Source: an uncultured Gammaproteobacteria bacterium (GTDB taxonomy: Bacteria > Pseudomonadota > Gammaproteobacteria > UBA4575). Taken from it: DNA of 64,000 bases. Within the stretch, counting starts at the first letter, position 1; every line of letters starts with the position of its first letter. Positions 33,799 through 43,330 of the stretch are shown here, in pieces. The stretch is taken from NCBI GenBank assembly GCA_905479295.1, contig CAJQLY010000006.1, positions 5,372 to 69,371 on the forward strand. The letters are read 5' to 3'. A program made the translations under genes and the position numbers. Under the pieces are notes generated by a model, which had not been told where the DNA came from, did no database searches, and saw only the letters and a list, made by a program, of their open reading frames with translations.

Positions 33799-34467
33799 AT
33801 GATCCGGATGCAGAATGTGGCTAAGCGCTATGCGCAAACCGGTGAAGTACTATCCCAGCTTAATCTCGAACTAGATCCTGGTGAATTTGTCTTTCTTACA
33901 GGCGCCTCGGGTGCCGGTAAAAGTACCTTACTCAAGTTAATCGCCCTGATCGAAACCCCCAGCCGTGGCAATATTTACTTGAATGGGCATAACGTAACCC
34001 ACGCCAAACGTTCACAAATTGCTAAAATCCGCAGTCGAATGGGCTTAATCTTTCAAGACCACCGATTACTGCAAGACCGTAATGTATTTGAAAACGTAGC
34101 CCTGCCGCTACGCATTTCTGGCTATAGCCAGCGTGAGATCCCACGCCGAGTACGAGCTGCCTTAGACAAGGTTGGCCTACTACCTAAAGAAAAATCAAAC
34201 CCTATTGCACTATCCGGTGGAGAACAGCAACGCGTTGGCATTGCCCGTGCCATCGTGCATAAACCGCGCCTACTACTGGCCGATGAGCCTACCGGCAACC
34301 TTGACCCCACCTTATCTTTAGAGATTTTCCAACTACTAGCTCAGTTTCAACAGGTCGGTGTCACCGTATTGGTCGCCAGTCACGACCTCAATCTGATTGC
34401 ACAGCTGGATAAACGAGTTATTAGACTTGAGCATGGGCATGCACTAACTGGCTTGAGGGGCGATTAA
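33799..34467 (+). CDS. ftsE: cell-division ABC transporter ATP-binding protein FtsE
   Basis: The product contains Walker [10 protein letters not shown], the signature LSGGEQQRV and Walker [10 protein letters not shown]. It is followed by ftsX. Confidence 0.96.
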   Translation: MIRMQNVAKRYAQTGEVLSQLNLELDPGEFVFLTGASGAGKSTLLKLIALIETPSRGNIYLNGHNVTHAKRSQIAKIRSRMGLIFQDHRLLQDRNVFENVALPLRISGYSQREIPRRVRAALDKVGLLPKEKSNPIALSGGEQQRVGIARAIVHKPRLLLADEPTGNLDPTLSLEIFQLLAQFQQVGVTVLVASHDLNLIAQLDKRVIRLEHGHALTGLRGD

Positions 34468-34470
34468 GTC

Positions 34471-35403
34471 ATGTTTTCTAAGGCTTTAGCAATCGTCATC
34501 GGCTGGTATCAGAACCATCTACTGTGTGCAAAACAGAGTTTAAACAAACTCTTAGCAGCACCTATCGGCTCAAGCATTACGATTAGTATGACAGCCCTTG
34601 CCTTCGCTATCCCATTGGCCATCTTTCAGCTATCACAGGGTAGTGCCGCAGCCCTAAATTCAATGCAAGAGAGTAAGCAGATCACCTTATTTCTTGCTGA
34701 CGATGTCAGTTATGCCAGTGCCGTGACGCTAACTGAACAACTAAAACAAGACTCTGATTTCAACTCAGTTGAGCTGATTGACCGACAACAGGCCTTAAAT
34801 GATTTCGCCAAACGCAGCCAGCTTGAGGGTTTAATCCAGAATCTGCCACAAAACCCATTACCCCATTTAATTCTGCTTATGCCACATGAACAGAATCAAA
34901 GCCTGCAACAACTGGAACAATTACAGCAACGTTTAGAGGGTCTCAATCAGGTTGCCTATTTTCAATTAGACACCCTTTGGCTACAGCGACTGCAAGCCTG
35001 GCAGGATTTAGCCAATCGCAGCCTGACCATAGTCACCGCCTTATTATTACTCGGCGCCTGCCTAATCTTGATCAATGTTATCCGTTGGGAGCTGGCTAGC
35101 CGACGCGATGAAATCGACATCATGTACTTGGTTGGTGCAAGTGACCGCTATATACGACGACCTTTCATGTACAGCGGATTTTGGCTAGGTCTCTTCTCCG
35201 GCGTCTTCGCGTTAATCCTAGTCCTGCTTGCAAGCGCCCTAATATACCCAAGCTTGGGGCGTATTGACTCCTTATATGGCAGCAATATTGCTATAAAAAG
35301 CCTATTGGAGTGGGAAACCTGCCTTATCGTCTTAGGCTCTAGCGCGTTAATTGGCCTCTTCAGTGCTAGTATAGGGGCGAACAGTAGGCTACAAATTCGC
35401 TGA
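34471..35403 (+). CDS. ftsX: cell-division permease-like protein FtsX
   Basis: The 310-aa product has 4 TM helices and a periplasmic loop domain. Its position in ftsYEX is conserved. Confidence 0.9.
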   Translation: MFSKALAIVIGWYQNHLLCAKQSLNKLLAAPIGSSITISMTALAFAIPLAIFQLSQGSAAALNSMQESKQITLFLADDVSYASAVTLTEQLKQDSDFNSVELIDRQQALNDFAKRSQLEGLIQNLPQNPLPHLILLMPHEQNQSLQQLEQLQQRLEGLNQVAYFQLDTLWLQRLQAWQDLANRSLTIVTALLLLGACLILINVIRWELASRRDEIDIMYLVGASDRYIRRPFMYSGFWLGLFSGVFALILVLLASALIYPSLGRIDSLYGSNIAIKSLLEWETCLIVLGSSALIGLFSASIGANSRLQIR

Positions 35404-35473
35404 AATACATTCGGTGTACAGAATGAGCCCGCCATTTCTTCGACAAAGCCAGTACATTTAATCGATCTTGCCA

Positions 35474-35500
35474 TTAGCACTCTCTTTTTCAGAGTGCTAA
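35474..35500 (+). promoter_or_regulatory. perfect CIRCE element (HrcA operator) in the rpoH 5' region
   Basis: TTAGCACTC (35474-82), N9, GAGTGCTAA (35492-500) matches the consensus at 18 of 18 positions. It ends 35 nt upstream of the rpoH ATG. Confidence 0.85.
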
Positions 35501-35535
35501 AATAAGTCTTGTTTGAGCTAATTCCATAAATATAT

Positions 35536-36390
35536 ATGAGTACTGAGTTACGTCTACACCGTCCTCAGGATTTAGTGGTCAGCACTGGTAGTCTGGATGC
35601 CTATATCCATGCCGCCTATCAGCTACCCATCCTATCGGCCGAAGAAGAGAATGCACTCGCGGTTCGCCTACATGATCACGGCGACCTCGAGGCTGCACGC
35701 CTACTGATTACTCATCATCTGCGTTTTGTCGTAAAGATTGCACGTGGTTATAACGGTTATGGCCTGCAGCTTGCCGACTTAATTCAAGAAGGCAATATCG
35801 GACTAATGAAGGCGGTTAAACGTTTTAACCCAGATGCCAACGTTCGTCTGGTGTCGTTTGCTGTGCATTGGATCCGTGCTGAGATGCATGAGTTTATCTT
35901 GCGTAACTGGCGTATTGTGAAAGTCGCCACAACCAAGGCCCAACGTAAATTGTTTTTCAACCTACGTAGCAAGAAAAAGCGCCTAGGTTGGCTCAATCAT
36001 GCTGAAGTTGAAGCAGTAGCAAAAGACCTTGGGGTGACGAGTAAAGACGTCTTGGAAATGGAGTCGCGTCTCAGCGGGCACGATATGGGCTTTGATTACG
36101 GCGATAACGATGAAGACTCGAGTTCTCCAGCCCATTATTTAGAGCACGACGGCTTAGACCCATCTGCAACCTTAGAAGCGACAGACTTTTCTAGCTATCA
36201 GTTGGAAAAACTAAACGCAGCTATGGCTGCTCTAGATGAGCGCAGCAAGACCATTATTCAATCTCGCTGGCTAACAGAAACAAAAAGCACGCTGCATGAA
36301 CTTGCCGCAGAATTTAGCATTTCTGCTGAACGTGTACGCCAATTAGAAAATAACGCTATAAAGAAATTACAACACTGCTTCGCTGGCTAA
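35536..36390 (+). CDS. rpoH: RNA polymerase sigma-32 (heat-shock sigma factor)
   Basis: The 284-aa product contains LV..HLRFVV.IAR.Y.GYGL...[17 protein letters not shown] and the RpoH box-like QRKLFFNLR. It follows ftsX as in E. coli. Confidence 0.97.
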   Translation: MSTELRLHRPQDLVVSTGSLDAYIHAAYQLPILSAEEENALAVRLHDHGDLEAARLLITHHLRFVVKIARGYNGYGLQLADLIQEGNIGLMKAVKRFNPDANVRLVSFAVHWIRAEMHEFILRNWRIVKVATTKAQRKLFFNLRSKKKRLGWLNHAEVEAVAKDLGVTSKDVLEMESRLSGHDMGFDYGDNDEDSSSPAHYLEHDGLDPSATLEATDFSSYQLEKLNAAMAALDERSKTIIQSRWLTETKSTLHELAAEFSISAERVRQLENNAIKKLQHCFAG

Positions 36391-36410
36391 ACGGCTAGCA
36401 AAGATCTTTT

Positions 36411-36434
36411 GCTGAGCAAGTAACTTAGCTCAGC
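36411..36434. terminator. hairpin between convergent rpoH and cyoE
   Basis: GCTGAGC (36411-17) pairs with GCTCAGC (36428-34), extendable to about 11 bp with one bulge. It is preceded by a second small hairpin, GCAAAGATCTTTTGC. Confidence 0.5.
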
Positions 36435-36438
36435 CGCA

Positions 36439-37368
36439 CTAGCCTAATTCCAATATCATTGGTAAATAGCGGTCGAACAATAGCACTGCAAACAAGACCA
36501 TCAAATAAACAATGGAATAGACAAAGGTAGCCATTGCCTTAGTTCGACTTTTAGTCAGCTGTAAGCTAATTGCGTAGTATAAGAAGCCTGCATTCAATAA
36601 TATCGCCCCGATCAGATAGACCAGCCCTGACATCCCTGTGAAATAAGGAAAAATAGTGATCAAGGACATCAATACGGTATACAGCGTAATGTGTAGGCGC
36701 GTGTAATCCTCGCCGTGCGTCACCGGTAACATCGGAATATCGACCTTCGCATATTCCTCTTTTCGATAGATCGCCAATGCCCAGAAGTGGGGTGGCGTCC
36801 AAGTGAAGATAATCAAGAAGAGTAACAGCCCATCAGCCTCAACCTGTCCTGTTACGGCAGTCCAGCCAAGTAATGGTGGAGTTGCACCGGCAGCACCACC
36901 AATCACAATATTCTGAGGTGTCGCTCGTTTCAGATACATCGTGTAGATAACGGCATAACCGACTAAAGAGGCAAAAGTCAGAACGGCGGTCAGTAGATTG
37001 ATCTTAAGGATCAGTAACAGCATGCCAAGGCCGCCAATCACTAACGCAAATATTAAGACTTGGGTCTTATCGAGGGAACCACTAGGTAGGGGCCGCAGCT
37101 TAGTCCTATCCATAGCGGCATCGATACGACTATCAGCGACATGATTAATGGCTGCTGCAGAGCTCGCGACCAAGCCGATACCGACTAAGGCATAGAGCAT
37201 TTGAGCCAGCGTAACGGCACCTGGTGCCGCCATCAGCATGCCGACAATCACAGTGAATAGCATCAACGCGATAACTTTTGGCTTACACAATTCAACATAA
37301 TCACGCCACTGCGCGATTACACCCATTTTTTCAGCCGGGCTCTTTCCCGAAGTAGTTTGCACAGACAT
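36439..37368 (-). CDS. cyoE: protoheme IX farnesyltransferase (heme O synthase)
   Basis: The 309-aa UbiA-family membrane protein contains N...D..ID..M.RT..RPLP and WTPPHFWALA. Confidence 0.93.
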   Translation of the reverse strand: MSVQTTSGKSPAEKMGVIAQWRDYVELCKPKVIALMLFTVIVGMLMAAPGAVTLAQMLYALVGIGLVASSAAAINHVADSRIDAAMDRTKLRPLPSGSLDKTQVLIFALVIGGLGMLLLILKINLLTAVLTFASLVGYAVIYTMYLKRATPQNIVIGGAAGATPPLLGWTAVTGQVEADGLLLFLIIFTWTPPHFWALAIYRKEEYAKVDIPMLPVTHGEDYTRLHITLYTVLMSLITIFPYFTGMSGLVYLIGAILLNAGFLYYAISLQLTKSRTKAMATFVYSIVYLMVLFAVLLFDRYLPMILELG

Positions 37369-37380
37369 GATTGACCTTGC

Positions 37381-38391
37381 TTACAGATAGCGGCCAGATT
37401 TTAACATATAGGTGCTACTGAGAATGCTGAACAGAAGTAATAGAGCGACTCCGTTATGGGCTACTGCCACAGGTAGTGGCAAATGACCCACAACATTGAC
37501 GATGCCTAAGGTGATTTGTAGGGTTAAAAGACCCACAATGAGCAAGCTTACTTTGCGTAATGGTGCCACGCCGACTGCTGCACGGAACAATCGCCAAGCA
37601 TAAAATAAGATTAGACTGCTCACGATTAGGGCACCAGCACGATGCACCATATGGATAGCCAACCGCGCCGGATGATCTAATACACCAAATTCATAGTCGA
37701 CACCGAGCCCACGCCACATGATAAAGCCATTCTGTAAATCCATATCCTGCGGCCAGAGCGAGCCCTGGCAGCGAGGAAACTCGGTACAGGCTAAGGCAGC
37801 ATAATTAGAGCTAACCCAACCACCGAGTGCAATCTGCACCACCAGTGCGGTGATTACGATAATTGAAAAATTGCCTAAACCTGATGGTATTCGATGTAGG
37901 AATTGGTGTTGATTAGACAAACTCCGCAGCCATTGCCAGCCAAGTAGATTGAATAGGGTAAAACCACCTAACAGATGACACATCACAACCAGGGGCTTTA
38001 ACTGCCAGGTTACTGTCCACATGCCTAAGACCGCCTGAAAACTTAGTGCCAACGCAAGCACTACGCCATAACCTACTTGTCGATTACCTTCTTTGTCACC
38101 ACGAATCAACCAGGCTGCAATGAAAAACACCAAGAGGCCAAGGACACCAGCAAGGTATCGGTGAATCATCTCTTTCCATGCCTTACCGATTTCAACAGCA
38201 CGATCATAGTTTTCGTTAGCTGCCTCAATCGCAGGTGCTGTATCGGGTACACCAACAAGAATGCCGTAACAACCTGGCCAGTCCGGACAACCGAGTCCCG
38301 CATCAGATAATCGAACAAATGCGCCAAGCACGATAACGCAGAACGCAAGCACGCCACTAACGGTAACAACACGATTGAAGTTTTTATTCAT
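37381..38391 (-). CDS. ctaA: heme A synthase (COX15/CtaA)
   Basis: The 336-aa product has 8 TM helices, GLGCPDWPGCYG, and conserved His residues in the TM helices (HR..A, H...G). It lies adjacent to cyoE. Confidence 0.9.
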   Translation of the reverse strand: MNKNFNRVVTVSGVLAFCVIVLGAFVRLSDAGLGCPDWPGCYGILVGVPDTAPAIEAANENYDRAVEIGKAWKEMIHRYLAGVLGLLVFFIAAWLIRGDKEGNRQVGYGVVLALALSFQAVLGMWTVTWQLKPLVVMCHLLGGFTLFNLLGWQWLRSLSNQHQFLHRIPSGLGNFSIIVITALVVQIALGGWVSSNYAALACTEFPRCQGSLWPQDMDLQNGFIMWRGLGVDYEFGVLDHPARLAIHMVHRAGALIVSSLILFYAWRLFRAAVGVAPLRKVSLLIVGLLTLQITLGIVNVVGHLPLPVAVAHNGVALLLLFSILSSTYMLKSGRYL

Positions 38392-38394
38392 GAT

Positions 38395-38976
38395 CTAACC
38401 TATATTCGATAACTTGAGTAATTTTTTAACGTCTTTCAACATCCCCTTGGAAGTTGCTTGATCGTCATAACGCATCATAATATTGCCATTGGGATCAACC
38501 AATAAGACGTCACCAGCATGCAACAACTGAGCTTTCATCTCTGGGCTCTCCAAACTAAGAACCTGTAACTGCCCCAGCTGAAGTTTAGGATGCCTTTGTG
38601 TAATACCTGCATCGACTGAAGCACCTTCTGCTATCACTAGAAAATACTGCACACGACTTATTTCACGGCCAGTGGCTAGAGCAGCCTGTCGAATCTTAAA
38701 TAAAGCCGTCTCACAAATCAGGTCACAGCTCTTGTCGACATAGACTAAGTAATTCCATTTACCCTGCATAGAATCGAGATCAAAGACTTGCTCATCAGCG
38801 ACTAACTGTAGAGTAGTAATCGGCTGCGCAGGATGCACTAGCTGACCATGCGCAGTAGGAGTAGAAAAAGTTAGATGATCTCGTAAAGAATACATCGCCA
38901 CTGCAATCAACAGCGGTAATACGAATACACCAAATAGGAAATAGGGGGTTTTACTTTTTTTTGTCAATTCAGTCAT
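38395..38976 (-). CDS. membrane-anchored thioredoxin-fold/SCO-like protein of the oxidase assembly cluster (hypothetical)
   Basis: With ATG 38976 (MTELTKKSKTPYFLFGVFVLPLLIAV..) the product is 193 aa, and the start forms an ATGA overlap with the SURF1 stop. It has a single N-terminal TM helix and a CDLIC (CxxxC) motif in a position reminiscent of Sco1/SenC. The track ORF extends to 39045. Confidence 0.5.
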   Translation of the reverse strand: MTELTKKSKTPYFLFGVFVLPLLIAVAMYSLRDHLTFSTPTAHGQLVHPAQPITTLQLVADEQVFDLDSMQGKWNYLVYVDKSCDLICETALFKIRQAALATGREISRVQYFLVIAEGASVDAGITQRHPKLQLGQLQVLSLESPEMKAQLLHAGDVLLVDPNGNIMMRYDDQATSKGMLKDVKKLLKLSNIG

Positions 38977-39704
38977 GTTGTCTTCTTTTTTCGGAAGGAA
39001 TATAAGTACCATAAGATAGCGACCGCCGCTGCCATCGCAAACCATTGGAAGGCGTAACCATAGTGTTTCATTGCCGGCATCTGGCTAGTTTGCCAATCTC
39101 GCCGAAAACCATCCTTAACTTCTGCTGATAGGCGTAGAGTAAAGGGCTGCAGCTCAAGTTCCAATCTTTTGCCCAGTTCAACGAAGTCGATAAACTGTAC
39201 ACGGCGCGGCCAATCATAGTCTTCACCCTCAGCAATCTCACCTAAACTAAAGGCTTTAGCATAGGGCACATAGATAGTCCCCATAATCTCCTGCCCATCT
39301 GTATTCACAGCTACTGCTGGCAATTGCTCTCGACTAGCTCCCTGCGCAAGCCAGCCACGATCAACCAACACCCATGCCTGCCATAGCTCAACATAAAACG
39401 GTGTCAGTACGTTATAGCCAACACGACCATCTCGGATTTGATTGTCCAACATAAACTGTCGTGAACTGTCATAGTGACCGAGCAGGGTCACGCGTTTATT
39501 ACGCCAGGCACCGGCATCCACTAATGGCAATTGTGGAATCTGCTGCAACTGCCCTTTATTTTGCTCTACGCTTTGTTCAATCGCAGCCTTGGCATAACCA
39601 CGCTGTAACTGCCAATTCCCTAAGGATAAAAACAGCCCCAGACATAGCACAGTGGCAATAGTTACCAGGCCGCGTCTTAGCTGTACCGCATTCGTTGAAC
39701 CCAT
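38973..39704 (-). CDS. SURF1-family cytochrome oxidase assembly protein
   Basis: The 243-aa product has an N-terminal TM with LG.WQL.R, a central periplasmic domain, and C-terminal HYGYAFQWFAMA. Confidence 0.88.
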   Translation of the reverse strand: MGSTNAVQLRRGLVTIATVLCLGLFLSLGNWQLQRGYAKAAIEQSVEQNKGQLQQIPQLPLVDAGAWRNKRVTLLGHYDSSRQFMLDNQIRDGRVGYNVLTPFYVELWQAWVLVDRGWLAQGASREQLPAVAVNTDGQEIMGTIYVPYAKAFSLGEIAEGEDYDWPRRVQFIDFVELGKRLELELQPFTLRLSAEVKDGFRRDWQTSQMPAMKHYGYAFQWFAMAAAVAILWYLYSFRKKKTT

Positions 39705-39769
39705 GCTACAAAATCCTTAGTCGAACAATCTATTACGTGTTATTTTCTTAAAAAAGGGAATTCTTAATT

Positions 39770-39979
39770 ATGCTCATAAAAATTATCATCATTATTTTAT
39801 TCTTATTGATTCTTGCAAGTCTCGTTTCTGCACTTATACATCTAGTAAGCAATAAAGGTGATGGTCGTGGAACAGTACGTGCACTAACAGTTCGTATTGC
39901 CTTATCCGTATTCGCTTTTGTCTTCCTACTAATCTGTGCGCAGATGGGCTGGATACAACCACACGGCTTAGGTGGCTAG
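39770..39979 (+). CDS. twin-transmembrane-helix small protein (DUF2909-like)
   Basis: The 69-aa product has two TM helices separated by a basic loop (NKGDGRGTVRALTVR). A protein of this kind in this orientation, between coxC and SURF1, is a recurrent feature of proteobacterial aa3 clusters. Confidence 0.65.
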   Translation: MLIKIIIIILFLLILASLVSALIHLVSNKGDGRGTVRALTVRIALSVFAFVFLLICAQMGWIQPHGLGG

Positions 39980-40062
39980 AGATTTAATGCTACGAATTTA
40001 GCCCTAAGCTAGGACTGATACACGATCTATCGGATATTGCACCCGCAGATACTAAAGATTTT

Positions 40063-40098
40063 GTGAGGCCAGCTAAACTTGATTCTAGCCAACCTCAC
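40063..40098 (+). terminator. hairpin downstream of the 69-aa gene / coxC
   Basis: GTGAGG (40063-68) pairs with CCTCAC (40093-98), with an inner GCTA/TAGC stem. It is followed by TTATCTTTC. Confidence 0.4.
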
Positions 40099-40111
40099 TT
40101 ATCTTTCAAAT

Positions 40112-40984
40112 CTATACTAGGTAAACAAAGACGAAGAGACCCAGCCATACAACGTCGACAAAGTGCCAATACCAAGCAGCAGCTTCAAAACCAAAATGAT
40201 TATCTGAACTAAAGTGACCCGACATACAGCGGAATAATATCACCGCCAAAATAATCGCACCAATTGTCACGTGGAACCCGTGAAAGCCCGTCAACATAAA
40301 GAAGGTGGTTCCGTAGATACCGCTACCTAATGTTAAACCGTAATGCTCATATGCTTCTTTATACTCAAGCACTTGGCAAGCCATAAAGATCGCACCCAGT
40401 GCAACCGTCAAGAACAATCCAATAATCAGCTGTGCACGGTGACCAGCTTTCAGGGCATGGTGTGCCCAAGTCAGCGTCACACCACTACTTAGTAACAAGG
40501 CTGTATTGATTGCTGGCAGACCCCAAGCACCCATCGGCTTATATTCACCACCAACATTACCTGGGCCGTTTGCTGCACTCGGCCATGAGGCCTCAAAACC
40601 TTCGTACAGGAACATATTAGTCATCGCACCACTGCCTTCACCGCTCAACCAAGGTAGTGAATAATTACGGGCATAAAATAGTGCTCCAAAGAATGCAGCA
40701 AAAAACATTACTTCAGAAAAGATAAACCAGAACATCCCCCAACGGAATGACACATCAACCTGAGTGTTATACAGGCCAGCACGGCTTTCTTTAACTACTG
40801 TGCCAAACCAACCGAAGAGCATAATGACTAATAAGCCAAAGCCAACCAACGCCATGTTGCCACCCCAAGAGGTGCCATTCAGGTAGTTCGCCATGCCTAC
40901 TAGCAAGGTACATACTGCGACCGAGCCAAAAATAGGCCAATGGCTCCCATGTGGGACGTAATAAGAATTTTCTGCCTGTGCCAT
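40112..40984 (-). CDS. coxC: cytochrome c oxidase subunit III
   Basis: The 290-aa product has 7 TM helices and contains FFMLTGFHGFHV.IG and AAWYWHFVDVVW. Confidence 0.96.
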   Translation of the reverse strand: MAQAENSYYVPHGSHWPIFGSVAVCTLLVGMANYLNGTSWGGNMALVGFGLLVIMLFGWFGTVVKESRAGLYNTQVDVSFRWGMFWFIFSEVMFFAAFFGALFYARNYSLPWLSGEGSGAMTNMFLYEGFEASWPSAANGPGNVGGEYKPMGAWGLPAINTALLLSSGVTLTWAHHALKAGHRAQLIIGLFLTVALGAIFMACQVLEYKEAYEHYGLTLGSGIYGTTFFMLTGFHGFHVTIGAIILAVILFRCMSGHFSSDNHFGFEAAAWYWHFVDVVWLGLFVFVYLV

Positions 40985-40997
40985 TAATCTGTCCTCA

Positions 40998-41573
40998 TTA
41001 TTTATAAGCTAATACGCTATCTAATTGATTTTCTGCGCTAGCATTTTTTGTTATGTCAAAAAAAGTGTACGAAAGTGTTACCAAGTTCACGTTTGGCGGC
41101 AGTCGTGGGTTAAGCATAAAACTTAACGGCATATTGACTGTCTCTCCCGCTGCGATCGTTTGGTTATCAAAACAAAAACATTCCGTTTTTACCAAATACT
41201 TATTTGCGGCAATTGGAGCCACACTCGGAACTGCTTGCCCGACCATCTCCCCTACAGTTCGATTGCTCGCACTGTAAAAAGTCGTATAAACCCGTCCCGG
41301 ATGTACTTCCATTACTTGCATTTCAGGCTTCACGTGCCAAGACATACCTTGGTTCATTGAAACATCAAATTGGATTGTCACCAAACGGCTGGTATCTTCT
41401 TCCAACTCTTGTGGTGACAGTGCAACCGCTTCTTCGTCAGTAAAACGAAGGCCGGTTAAATCACAAAATACATCGTACAAAGGTACGAGTAGATAACCAA
41501 AACTAAACATAAAAACCGCTGCCAGAGCTAACTTAGTTGCTCCACGGGTGGTCTTTGATGTCTTATCACTCAT
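40998..41573 (-). CDS. ctaG: cytochrome c oxidase assembly protein CtaG/Cox11
   Basis: The 191-aa product has an N-terminal TM helix with VPLYDVFC and the copper motif CFCF. Confidence 0.93.
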   Translation of the reverse strand: MSDKTSKTTRGATKLALAAVFMFSFGYLLVPLYDVFCDLTGLRFTDEEAVALSPQELEEDTSRLVTIQFDVSMNQGMSWHVKPEMQVMEVHPGRVYTTFYSASNRTVGEMVGQAVPSVAPIAANKYLVKTECFCFDNQTIAAGETVNMPLSFMLNPRLPPNVNLVTLSYTFFDITKNASAENQLDSVLAYK

Positions 41574-41680
41574 GCCGTATACACTAGTAAGTAAAAGCCT
41601 ATATATATCGCAAGAGCGACAAAAATAAGCGAAAGAACTGTGAATCGCACAGCTCTTTTCCGTTGTTGCTTAGCGTCCAT
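41570..41680 (-). CDS. 36-aa single-TM protein between coxA and ctaG (cytochrome oxidase small assembly-type protein)
   Basis: I translated this myself because it is below the track cutoff: MDAKQQRKRAVRFTVLSLIFVALAIYIGFYLLVYTA*. It has a basic N-terminus plus one hydrophobic helix. Its TGA overlaps the ctaG ATG (ATGA), and its ATG lies 16 nt after the coxA stop. Confidence 0.55.
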   Translation of the reverse strand: MDAKQQRKRAVRFTVLSLIFVALAIYIGFYLLVYTA

Positions 41681-41696
41681 TTAGCTCCGCCCTCGA

Positions 41697-43274
41697 CTAC
41701 TTAATAGCCGGTGGAGTTGAGAAGCTATGGTATGGCGCTGGTGATGGCAGAGTCCATTCTAGGCCTTCTGCATCTTCCCATACTTGGCTAGTCGCCTTAT
41801 TACCACTGCGGATAGCCTTGATTACTAGAACCAAGAACAGTAGTTGAGACAAACCAAAACCAAAGGCACCAATAGTTGCCATCATATTGTAATCCGAGAA
41901 CTGCAATGCGTAATCTGGGATACGACGAGGCATACCGGCCAGACCGACAAAGTGCATTGGGAAGAAGGTCAGATTAACGAAGATAGTAGACAACCAGAAG
42001 TGGGTCTTACCAAGGCCTTCGCTATACATGTTTCCACACCATTTAGGCAGCCAGTAATACACTGCTGCAATGATTGCGAAGATTGAACCTGGAACCAATA
42101 CATAGTGGAAGTGAGCTACTACGAAGTAAGTATCGTGGTATTGAAAATCCACCGGTGCCAGTGCCAACATCAAGCCTGAGAAACCACCGATTGAAAACAT
42201 CACAATAAAACCTAGAGCAAACAACATCGGCGTCTCAAAGGTCATAGAGCCACGCCACATGGTAGCAATCCAGTTAAATACTTTAACGCCTGTAGGGACC
42301 GCAATCAGCATCGTTGCAAACATAAAGAACAGTTCGCCAGCTAATGGCATGCCCACCGTAAACATATGGTGCGCCCAAACAATAAAGGATAAGAAGGCAA
42401 TCGCACCTGTCGCATACACCATGGAGGCATAACCAAACAAAGGCTTACGTGCAAAGGTTGGGATAATGCTCGATACCACACCGAATGACGGCAGAATCAA
42501 GATATACACTTCTGGATGTCCGAAGAACCAGAAAATGTGCTGGAACATAACGGGGTCACCGCCACCGGCAGCATTAAAGAAGCTGGTGCCGAAGTATTTA
42601 TCAGTTAATAGCATGGTGATACCACCTGCCAATACTGGCATAACTGCAATTAGCAGGTAGGCAGTAATTAACCAAGTCCATACGAATAGAGGCATCTTCA
42701 TCAACGTCATGCCTGGGGCACGCATATTCAGTACTGTTGCGACTACGTTAATTGCACCCATGATTGATGACAGACCCATGAAGTGCATAGATAAGATTAC
42801 AAATGGTAGCGCATCACCTGTCTGCAAAGTCAGTGGTGGGTATAGAGTCCAACCACCGGCTGGGCCGCCGCCATCCATAAATAATGTTGAAAGCATCATC
42901 GCGAAGGCAAATGGCAGAATCCAGAAGCTCCAGTTGTTCATGCGAGGTAACGCCATATCTGGCGCACCGATCATCATTGGGATTAGCCAGTTAGCCAGGC
43001 CCGTAAACGCAGGCATTACTACACCGAAAATCATCATGATGGCGTGCATCGTCGTCATCGAGTTAAAGAACTGCGGATCTACAAATTGTAGGCCTGGCTG
43101 GAATAATTCAGTACGAATTACCAACGCCATAACACCGCCGATCAGGAACATGATGAATGAAAACCACAAATACAAGGTACCAATGTCCTTGTGATTAGTC
43201 GTAAACAACCATCGCTTTATTGAATAGGGACTCTCTGGATGATCATGGTGATCGCCTGCAGCTACCGTACTCAT
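41697..43274 (-). CDS. coxA: cytochrome c oxidase subunit I (aa3 type)
   Basis: The 525-aa product contains [19 protein letters not shown]...[13 protein letters not shown] and HHMF..G. Confidence 0.99.
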   Translation of the reverse strand: MSTVAAGDHHDHPESPYSIKRWLFTTNHKDIGTLYLWFSFIMFLIGGVMALVIRTELFQPGLQFVDPQFFNSMTTMHAIMMIFGVVMPAFTGLANWLIPMMIGAPDMALPRMNNWSFWILPFAFAMMLSTLFMDGGGPAGGWTLYPPLTLQTGDALPFVILSMHFMGLSSIMGAINVVATVLNMRAPGMTLMKMPLFVWTWLITAYLLIAVMPVLAGGITMLLTDKYFGTSFFNAAGGGDPVMFQHIFWFFGHPEVYILILPSFGVVSSIIPTFARKPLFGYASMVYATGAIAFLSFIVWAHHMFTVGMPLAGELFFMFATMLIAVPTGVKVFNWIATMWRGSMTFETPMLFALGFIVMFSIGGFSGLMLALAPVDFQYHDTYFVVAHFHYVLVPGSIFAIIAAVYYWLPKWCGNMYSEGLGKTHFWLSTIFVNLTFFPMHFVGLAGMPRRIPDYALQFSDYNMMATIGAFGFGLSQLLFLVLVIKAIRSGNKATSQVWEDAEGLEWTLPSPAPYHSFSTPPAIK

Positions 43275-43330
43275 TACGCTCTCCTTACAAAAAAATTAAA
43301 GCAAAAACTAAATATTATGTGGCCTTAGCG

